From: an uncultured Clostridia bacterium
GTDB lineage: Bacteria > Bacillota > Clostridia > Christensenellales > Borkfalkiaceae
Assembly (NCBI GenBank): GCA_944376455.1
Contig: CALWCO010000003.1
Location: forward strand, 12,979 to 76,978
Reading direction: 5' to 3'
Length of the DNA stretch: 64,000 nt
Under the pieces are notes generated by a model, which worked only from the letters and a program-made list of their open reading frames with translations, was not told the DNA's origin and made no database searches. The translations under genes and the position numbers were made by a program. The first letter of the stretch is position 1. Each line of letters begins with the position of its first letter. Positions 57,117-64,000 of this stretch are shown one piece after another.

Positions 57117-58844
57117 TCAGAGCAACGGCGTGATGACCTGCACCAAACTCTTGACGATGTTCTGTGCCAGATTGAGCTCGGCCTCTTCGGCGGGCACTTC
57201 GCGACTGTCTGCAAGCGTACGCAGAAAATCGCCCTTGATTTTCGCCACCGTCGGCGTGTCATACATCCATACGCCGCACTCGAAATGATGCACCAGCGAA
57301 CGGTAGTCCAGATTGATGGTACTCACGACAGCATACTTGTCGTCGCTTAAAAAATTCTTGGCATGGATAAACCCCGGCGTATATTCGTAGATCTTGACTC
57401 CCGCTTCCATCAAAGAAGAGTAACTGGAACGGGTGATGAGGTATACCACCTTTTTATCGGGAATATGCGGCGTGATGAGCCGCACGTCCACTCCCCGCCG
57501 CGCCGCCAGGCGAATGGCGGAAAGGAGTTCGTTGTCGCAGACCAGATAGGGCGTGGAAATATAGACATAGTCGGTTGCATTGTTGAGAATGTTCAGATAA
57601 ATATTCTTTCCGACCTGTTCCTCATAAAAAGGTGCGGGCCCGTCGCCGAAACAGGCGACATATCCCCGCTCCCGCACGGAAAGCAACGGCGCACAGACAT
57701 CCGCAGCGGCAACGGCGCAAGAGTCGGTCTGTACCGCCTCGCCCGTCGCTCCCTCTGTCGCCGTTTGCTCCGCGGCAATCATTGTTTGCGCCGCCGCGGC
57801 TCCTGCCGTTTCGGTGTCGGATTTATCGGCGTTTTCCGCCGAAACGGGGTGATATTCGGCGTATTTGGGATAATCGCTGAGCTGTCGGGCCTGTAAATCC
57901 CAAAGCGTAAGGAACATACAGGTAAATTCGGCGACGCAGTCGCCTTCGACCATGATGCCCGTATCCTTCCATGTACCGAAACGAAGTTTTTCGTTGATGT
58001 ATTCGTCGGCAAGGTTAATGCCGCCCGTGAAAGCGACGCGGTTGTCGATGACCATAATCTTGCGGTGATCGCGGTTGTTGTGCACGGTGGAGATGAACGG
58101 AAGGAAGGGACGGAACACCTGTGCATTGAAGCCCATTTTGCGGAGCTTACGCGCATAGCCCATGCGCACCTTACCGATGCTGCCGATGTCGTCATACATG
58201 ATCCTGACTTCCACGCCTTCCTGCATTTTACGTTGCAGAATTTCCAGAATGGTGTTCAGGAACCGCCCCTCTTCAATGATGAAATATTCCAGAAAGACAA
58301 ACTTTTCGGCTTTTTTCAGTTCCCGCACCATGGCGGGAAACATATCCTCGCCCATGGGAAAATACTGCGTATGCGTTCCGTCATACACGGGACTGCGGCT
58401 GCTTTCATAAATATATTTCGCCTGCGCCGCCGCGACGGCGTCCTTTTCTTCCAGTGCCGCCAAAATCTTTTCATTCTGACGAATGACGCGATCCGCCTCC
58501 CGTTCAAGACGCATATATTCCCGTTTCATGCGGCGGCCGGGCTGATTGCTGCCGAAAAAGATGAACAACACGCCGCCGAGGATCGGCGAAATGACAATCA
58601 CCAATAGCCAGGGCATCTTATATTCGGGCACCTCGTCTTTATTAATTACGACAAGAACGAGAACGACGCCGAGAACGGCCGTGCAGATCTGAATGATCGT
58701 GTTATATTCCGCCAAAGCTTCGAAAACAAGCCATATCCATATGATCTGCAGGATGATGAGGAGCGCAACGACGATCATGCGGGAAAAGAGCAATTGTATA
58801 AAACGGCGGAAAATTTTGAAAAGTTTTCTGAATATTGCGCCCAT
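57117..58844 (-). CDS. cls: cardiolipin synthase (two PLD/HKD domains) with Ala/Thr-rich inter-domain insert
   Basis: 575-aa ORF; N-terminal TM pair, HKD motifs HRKIMVIDN and FIHAKNFLSDD. Confidence 0.9.
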   Translation of the reverse strand: MGAIFRKLFKIFRRFIQLLFSRMIVVALLIILQIIWIWLVFEALAEYNTIIQICTAVLGVVLVLVVINKDEVPEYKMPWLLVIVISPILGGVLFIFFGSNQPGRRMKREYMRLEREADRVIRQNEKILAALEEKDAVAAAQAKYIYESSRSPVYDGTHTQYFPMGEDMFPAMVRELKKAEKFVFLEYFIIEEGRFLNTILEILQRKMQEGVEVRIMYDDIGSIGKVRMGYARKLRKMGFNAQVFRPFLPFISTVHNNRDHRKIMVIDNRVAFTGGINLADEYINEKLRFGTWKDTGIMVEGDCVAEFTCMFLTLWDLQARQLSDYPKYAEYHPVSAENADKSDTETAGAAAAQTMIAAEQTATEGATGEAVQTDSCAVAAADVCAPLLSVRERGYVACFGDGPAPFYEEQVGKNIYLNILNNATDYVYISTPYLVCDNELLSAIRLAARRGVDVRLITPHIPDKKVVYLITRSSYSSLMEAGVKIYEYTPGFIHAKNFLSDDKYAVVSTINLDYRSLVHHFECGVWMYDTPTVAKIKGDFLRTLADSREVPAEEAELNLAQNIVKSLVQVITPLL

Positions 58845-58951
58845 TCCTGCCTCCTTCTCGTCATTGGCTGTTTTTTATCCGTGCCCGCCGGACGGCGGGC
58901 ACGGATAAAAACGATATACTCCCGACAGAATGTCAAACCTCCGACGGGATG

Positions 58952-59947
58952 TCAGAACTCCAATTTGATCTTTTTGAGCACCGCTCCGTTGCCGATCGCC
59001 CTGCCGCCGCCGAGGGCGACGGACATTTGCGGCTCCTCGCCGACGTGCGCTTCCATGGAAAGTTTTTCGCCCACATATTCGGCAAGTCCCGAAATCTTGC
59101 ACACGCCGCCCGACAGATGTACGCCGCTGCGGCAGATGCCCGCGGACACTTCGGCGGGCAATTTTTTCAATACCATGCCCGCATATTCCATGAGCTTGTC
59201 CACATAGACGCGAATGGGATAGACGATATCCGATGACGTCACGGCAACCGAACGGGGCCGCCCCGTGCGGATGTCCCGTCCGTTGATGACCGTGCTCTGA
59301 TTGTCGCCCGGGGTCAGGCTGCCAACGGTATTTTTGAGCCGCTCGCTGGTGAGCGAACCGATTTTCAGGCCGAAACGGTCGGCAATATGATCGATGATGT
59401 GCACGTCCATGTTGTTGCCGCCGATGTTGACGGACACGCCCGCGATGATGCCGTCGAGCGAAAGAACGGCAATATTGGTCGTCCCCGCACCCATGTCTAT
59501 GATAAACGCGGGATTGGAGTCGCTGACGGGCAAATCCTGTCCCAAAGCCGAAAGATAAGGCGTTTCCACGAAATCGATGCGGGAAATGCTCAATTCGTCA
59601 CAGACGTTGTAGATGGCGGAACGCGCCTTTTCGGAAACGCCGCACGGCACGGAAAAGAGCACTTCCGTGCGACGCCTGCCCGCGCGCAATCCGATTTTAT
59701 TGAGAAACTCGTCGAGCATGACGACCGCCATCTTATGGTTGACGATTTCCCCTTCGTAGACGGGGAACACGATGGAGGTGAACTCCGCCGTCTTGCCGAC
59801 GAGCAGCTTTGCGTCGTTGCCGATGGCTTTCACCTGTTGCGTGTCGGCGTTCACCGCGACGCAGGAAGGCTCCGCCAGCACGACCCCGCTGCCCATTTTG
59901 TAAATTTTTGTCGAGGATGTGCCCAGATCAATGGCGATTTTCAGCAT
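58952..59947 (-). CDS. MreB/Mbl-family actin-like protein (divergent)
   Basis: IDLGTSSTKIY, PSCVAV, IIDMGAGTTNIAVLSLDGII, GGNNMD..IGSLTSERLK, GVHLSGGVCKISGL match MreB phosphate/adenosine motifs. Confidence 0.8.
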   Translation of the reverse strand: MLKIAIDLGTSSTKIYKMGSGVVLAEPSCVAVNADTQQVKAIGNDAKLLVGKTAEFTSIVFPVYEGEIVNHKMAVVMLDEFLNKIGLRAGRRRTEVLFSVPCGVSEKARSAIYNVCDELSISRIDFVETPYLSALGQDLPVSDSNPAFIIDMGAGTTNIAVLSLDGIIAGVSVNIGGNNMDVHIIDHIADRFGLKIGSLTSERLKNTVGSLTPGDNQSTVINGRDIRTGRPRSVAVTSSDIVYPIRVYVDKLMEYAGMVLKKLPAEVSAGICRSGVHLSGGVCKISGLAEYVGEKLSMEAHVGEEPQMSVALGGGRAIGNGAVLKKIKLEF

Positions 59948-60536
59948 CTTCCCTTTCCTCCCGTCTGATTTCTTCCAATAATTTTTCCGTCAGCTCGCAC
60001 GGCAAGCCCACGATGTTGGTATAACTGCCCGTATATCCCGCCACGACCGCACCGTCCTGAATGCCGTATGCGCCCGCCTTGTCGAGGGGCGAGCCCGTGG
60101 AAACATATGCCTCTATGTCCGCCTCGGACAAAGTGCGGAAACGCACCTCCGATTTCTCCGCCGCCACGCGCGCGCCGCGCGGGGTGACGAAACATACGCC
60201 CGTAAATACCTGATGCGTTTTGCCTGAAAGCAGGCGCAGAATACGCTTTGCGTCCTCTTCGTCCTTCGGCTTGCCGATGATCTGCCCGTCCAAGGCAACG
60301 ACGGTGTCCGAACCCAGGACGACGAGTCGTTCCTCCGAGGGGACCATGCCCGACTTTAGCGCCATTTCAAAGGTATGCTCTGCCTTGCGCCGCGCGAGAA
60401 TTTCCACCCCTGCTTCGGGCGGCGTCCCCGGCGAAAGACTTTCGTCCACGTCGGCGGGCAACACCGTAAAGTCGGGATATATTTTCGAAAACAATTCTCG
60501 CCGCCGCGGCGAATTGCTTGCCAATATAACATACAT
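59928..60536 (-). CDS. maf: Maf-family nucleoside triphosphate pyrophosphatase (septum formation protein)
   Basis: MYVILASNSPRRRELF.., ..LGSDTVVALDG.., ..KAGAYGIQ. Confidence 0.93.
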   Translation of the reverse strand: MYVILASNSPRRRELFSKIYPDFTVLPADVDESLSPGTPPEAGVEILARRKAEHTFEMALKSGMVPSEERLVVLGSDTVVALDGQIIGKPKDEEDAKRILRLLSGKTHQVFTGVCFVTPRGARVAAEKSEVRFRTLSEADIEAYVSTGSPLDKAGAYGIQDGAVVAGYTGSYTNIVGLPCELTEKLLEEIRREEREDAENRH

Positions 60537-60554
60537 AGACTAAAAACCTTAAAT

Positions 60555-60595
60555 ATAAACAAAGAATGCCATTTCTTTCGAGAAAAAATGGCATT
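60555..60595 (-). terminator. weak terminator after ppx
   Basis: Stem AATGCCATTT/AAATGGCATT followed on the minus strand by CTTTGTTT. Confidence 0.5.
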
Positions 60596-60699
60596 TCGAT
60601 GCAAATTCCAAATTCCGGAACGGAACTTCCGCTTGCGCTGCTCTCCGCGGGCGGCCGCGATGCACCGATCGCGTCCCTGCCGCAAAGAACTTACAAAAC

Positions 60700-62214
60700 T
60701 CACAGAATTTCCAGATTCTTTTTGAACACCCGCTTGAAATCGGCGTTCGACATCATGGCGTCGCGGATTTCCAAAGCCGCATCGCCCGTCACTTCGGTCT
60801 TCATGATGACCGAATCGCCCAAAAGATCGCAATTGATGCCCGTCACCAAACCCGCCATGCTTCTGTCGAGACTCTCCGCAATGCGCAGAAGCATACTCAG
60901 TTTGCGGACGGCATCGAGATCCTCTTCCTGCACGATGTCCTTGTATTTCTGCCATTCCGTCATGTTGATGTCCTCCTTGCGGTGGACGGAGGCGACAAAC
61001 GCCGCCAACACGATCTCACGGTGCGTCGCGCCGTAAATCGTGGAATTCATGATCATATAGCCGCTGTGCTTTTGGTGGTTGTAAAACTTGATGCGCATGC
61101 CGCAATCGTGCAACGACGCCGCAATTTTAAGAATTTTGAGGTACTGACGCGGGAATTTATGCAATACGCGCAGTTGTTTGAAGAGCTGAATGCTCAAATG
61201 CACCACGTGCGAGACGTGTGCCTCGTCGCAACCGTAATATTTGACCAACGTATTCAGGCTGTACGTCAATGTATCCGAAATCGGCTTTTCCACGGTCATG
61301 GGAACGGCCTGGTTGAACATGATGCCCTCGCGCAGTCCCGATCCGCTGATCGTGAAGCTCTGCCGCTCCGTATAGGAAACAAAGGACTTCACAATGGCCA
61401 GCGCCGCGGGGAGAATGTCCGCGCGGGCGGGCGAAAGGCCGCGGATGCGCTTGCACTTCTCCACCGTCAGAACCTTGATCATATCGTAAATGGTCAGGAA
61501 ATCATCCACCGCGAAATTGAAATTGTGGACGGTATCCAAAGGATATTTACGCACCATCTTATTAATTTTGAACAGGTTGCGGAAAGACCCGCCGACGCCG
61601 ATCATCTGCACGTCCGGCTCCATTTCCTTGAGCCAAGGGATCTGCTTGAGCTGTTCGGTGAAAAATTCCTCGATCCTTGCCGCGGAATCTTCGGGCTTCA
61701 CGCCCTCCTCATAGAACAGATCGGTCAGCGTCACCGCTCCGACGGGAAGCACCTCGTAATTGAGGATGTTCCGACGGTTGTAATAGACGATCTTCGTGCT
61801 GCCGCCGCCGATTTCCAAAATGATCCCGCGCGGGATATCCATGGAGTTGATGACGCCGCGATAGACGAGCGTCGCTTCCTCCTCGGGCGAAAGCACATTG
61901 ATCTTCATGCCGCAGGTGGCCTGAATTTCATCGAGGAAGGAGCGTTGATTCTTCGCGCGGCGCACGGCGGCGGTGCCCACCGCAATGATGCGGGACACCT
62001 TGTGCGCGTCGCAAAGACGCTTGAACATTTTCAGTGTTTTGATTGTTTCGGCAATGCGCTGGGGTTTCAAAAACCCGTCGCGGTCCATATCATGCCCGAG
62101 ACGAACGCTCTCTTTGAGTTCGTCTGCCACCATGAAATAGCCGTCCGCGAACAGATTGACGACCACCAGTCTCGCCGAGTTGGAGCCAAGATCTACAATT
62201 CCTATTTTTTCCAC
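60700..62214 (-). CDS. ppx: Ppx/GppA-family phosphatase with C-terminal HD domain
   Basis: 504-aa ORF; IVDLGSNSARLVV, IGGGSTKIV actin-fold motifs; AASLHDCG HD region. Confidence 0.88.
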   Translation of the reverse strand: MEKIGIVDLGSNSARLVVVNLFADGYFMVADELKESVRLGHDMDRDGFLKPQRIAETIKTLKMFKRLCDAHKVSRIIAVGTAAVRRAKNQRSFLDEIQATCGMKINVLSPEEEATLVYRGVINSMDIPRGIILEIGGGSTKIVYYNRRNILNYEVLPVGAVTLTDLFYEEGVKPEDSAARIEEFFTEQLKQIPWLKEMEPDVQMIGVGGSFRNLFKINKMVRKYPLDTVHNFNFAVDDFLTIYDMIKVLTVEKCKRIRGLSPARADILPAALAIVKSFVSYTERQSFTISGSGLREGIMFNQAVPMTVEKPISDTLTYSLNTLVKYYGCDEAHVSHVVHLSIQLFKQLRVLHKFPRQYLKILKIAASLHDCGMRIKFYNHQKHSGYMIMNSTIYGATHREIVLAAFVASVHRKEDINMTEWQKYKDIVQEEDLDAVRKLSMLLRIAESLDRSMAGLVTGINCDLLGDSVIMKTEVTGDAALEIRDAMMSNADFKRVFKKNLEIL

Positions 62215-62471
62215 AACTAATCACCTCATTTGGCTGATACCGCTAATTTTTACCGTACACATTTTCCCAACCCGAGCTTGCGTCTTCCGGACGGCTCCTT
62301 ATTTCCATCTGTATCCGCTTTTTCCGCTCTATCTTATCACATCTTTTGTGTTTTGTCTATACCATTTTCAAAATTATTGCCAATTTTTTGATTTTTTTCA
62401 CATATTTTTCTCATTTTTTGCGAAAAAATATTGCATTTTCAACAAAAAAAGATTGCATTTCTGTCTTTCTA

Positions 62472-63155
62472 TCAATCTGACCGTATGATACCGGCGCAAG
62501 CGGAAAGAAAATCTTCCGTCACGAGATCCGCGCCGGCGGCCTCCAGCTCGCCGGGCGCGGCAAAGCCGCTTTGGATGCCGACGGAAAAAATTCCGTTCTC
62601 TTTCGCGCCCGCAATGTCGTGGCGGCGGTCGCCGATCATGGCCGTCTCCGCCCGCGGCGCACCGAGCCGGGACATTGCCAATCGGATGATGTTCCCTTTC
62701 TTGTCGAAAGAATTATCCTCTTTGCTGCCCACGACGACGGAAAAGTCGTCGTAAAGAGAAAAATGTTCCAATATCCTCTCGGCGAAAGGTTGCGGCTTGC
62801 TCGTTGCGACGCCCAAGATCTTCCCCCGTCCGCGCAGGGCGGCAAGCCCTTCCCGCACGCCCGCATAGAGCCGGCATTCCCGCCAGCCGAGTGCGCCGTA
62901 CCGCTCGCGATAAAGCGTGACGCCGCGCAGGGCGAGCGCTCTGTCGCCTCCGAAAAAATGCAAAAAAGAATCGAGGAGAGGCGGGCCGATGCAAGTGCGA
63001 AGCGTCGCCTCGGAAGGGGGCTCGCGGCGCATCTGCATGAACGCGTGCCTGAAACAATTGACAATCCCCTCCGAAGAATCGACCAGCGTTCCGTCGAGGT
63101 CAAAAAGGATATATCTCACGTCAACTATTTTAACACGGTTTTCCGGCTTTGTCAA
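62472..63155 (-). CDS. HAD-IA family hydrolase (phosphoglycolate phosphatase-like)
   Basis: ILFDLDGTLVDS, ..VATSK.., ..MIGDRRHDIAGAKENG. Confidence 0.85.
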   Translation of the reverse strand: MTKPENRVKIVDVRYILFDLDGTLVDSSEGIVNCFRHAFMQMRREPPSEATLRTCIGPPLLDSFLHFFGGDRALALRGVTLYRERYGALGWRECRLYAGVREGLAALRGRGKILGVATSKPQPFAERILEHFSLYDDFSVVVGSKEDNSFDKKGNIIRLAMSRLGAPRAETAMIGDRRHDIAGAKENGIFSVGIQSGFAAPGELEAAGADLVTEDFLSACAGIIRSD

Positions 63156-63435
63156 TACCGCTTACAAAAATATGTATAATTTATTTTTTTGCACGCGTCT
63201 GCACGGCCTCAATTCCTTCCGCCGCGCCCCCGCGCGGACGGGCGAAGGGGCTTTTCAGGCGATTTTTGCGAAAATATTTTTACTTTTTCATCTTTTTATC
63301 ACCCGAATTGCTTGCCTATAATCGGTTTTTATATTAAAATATAAGAACGTGGTTTGCGTGCGCGCGAATAAATATTCTTTGACGCGCGCGGGAGTGAACA
63401 CTCTTTCAAATAAAAAATCTTTTGAAGGTAGTTAT

Positions 63436-64000
63436 ATGACAGCATTTTTCAGCAAGAACAAAAGAATCAGATCCGTCCTCGTCGCGGTAGCGACGTTGGT
63501 GTTGTCCCTCTGCCTGTGCCTCGTTTCGGCCTGTACCGACGACACCGACAGCAATACCAACCAGTCGACCACGAAGACGGATACGGCAACCATCGCCAAC
63601 GGGGATTTTGAGTATTACACCGACGACGACCGTCTGGAACTCGTCATTTCCCCCGATAACTGGACGCGCAGCAACGGACAGGACGGCAACGGCAATTCCG
63701 CCGCCACCTCCTCTGCCGCCTCCGGCATCGTCGACGTCCGTTCGGACCTGTGGACCGACCTGACAGAGGAAAAGTCTGCCGCCTGGGCGCGCGGCGAAAA
63801 CGAAAGCGTTTCCGCCTGGATGAAGCGCGTGGACGGCATATGGGACAGTATGTCCACCTACGACCGCCTGCACTTCTATGAGGCGCTGGAAGACGCCATC
63901 GAAGAGCACAACAATGCCGAAAACGACGACCTCGCCATCGGCGATTTCGCGCGCTACGACGCCTATAATTACGAGATCTCTGCGGAGGATATTCCCGAAA
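63436..64000 (+). CDS. lipoprotein of unknown function, N-terminal 188 codons; continues past window end
   Basis: Not in ORF track (no stop). Own translation from ATG 63436: MTAFFSKNKRIRSVLVAVATLVLSLCLCLVSAC|TDDTDSNTNQ.. with lipobox LVSAC; acidic mature part. The antisense ORF 63406..63909 was rejected. Confidence 0.65.
   Translation, partial: MTAFFSKNKRIRSVLVAVATLVLSLCLCLVSACTDDTDSNTNQSTTKTDTATIANGDFEYYTDDDRLELVISPDNWTRSNGQDGNGNSAATSSAASGIVDVRSDLWTDLTEEKSAAWARGENESVSAWMKRVDGIWDSMSTYDRLHFYEALEDAIEEHNNAENDDLAIGDFARYDAYNYEISAEDIPE

Noticed and set aside
57117-58844. Ala/Thr/Glu-rich ~60-aa insert between the two PLD domains of cardiolipin synthase as something special.
   Set aside because: Both HKD motifs and the frame are intact. 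Low-complexity linkers between PLD halves are plausible natural variation, and nothing further is supported from sequence alone.

Overview
Gene-dense, visibly GC-rich chromosomal segment that reads like the core genome of a spore-forming Clostridia-class Firmicute. Markers for that call are pro-sigma-K, a PdaB-like deacetylase, a SCIFF radical-SAM cassette, pta-ackA and RNase P RNA. I support about 50 protein genes, roughly 45 on the minus strand, plus rnpB and one tRNA-Val(CAC). Gene blocks in window order: M16 peptidase / CE4 deacetylase / mutS2 / U32 peptidase / Cof-HAD / uvrC; an ArsR-type regulator, copA and csoR copper locus; a low-density islet with a membrane-tethered XRE regulator and a small secreted protein; rpmF-yceD, ackA-pta, tmcAL, galE; a glmS-glmM-(short glmU-like) operon next to sigK; rnpB; a large GH3 glycosidase; tRNA-Val with a small AT-rich islet (ydeI-like); a MOP/MATE-like transporter; then a long conserved housekeeping run (pnp, rpsO, hemZ, MBL hydrolase, relA, recJ, secF, secD, scfB, scfA, yajC, tgt, queA, ruvB, ruvA, ruvC), followed by argH, cls, an mreB-like gene, maf, ppx, a HAD hydrolase and a partial lipoprotein. 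I see no CRISPR array, transposase, integrase, prophage or recognisable defence genes, and I did not find a convincing new multi-gene system. The most unusual signal is non-coding: four tandem copies of a 98-bp module built from three AAGG...CCTT palindromic hairpins (33825-34215). A degenerate solo copy lies 19 kb away (52967-53048) and keeps its central palindrome through three compensatory base-pair changes. Smaller curiosities: an 811-bp gene-free stretch, a GlmU-like protein lacking most of its uridyltransferase domain, a CopA with a DKTAT phosphorylation motif and HMA domains at both ends, a domain-permuted GH3 anchored at both termini, an atypically spaced SCIFF cassette, an 11-bp tandem repeat, and several U-tract-less GC hairpins. 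All family calls come from reading motifs in the translations. No database search was run.
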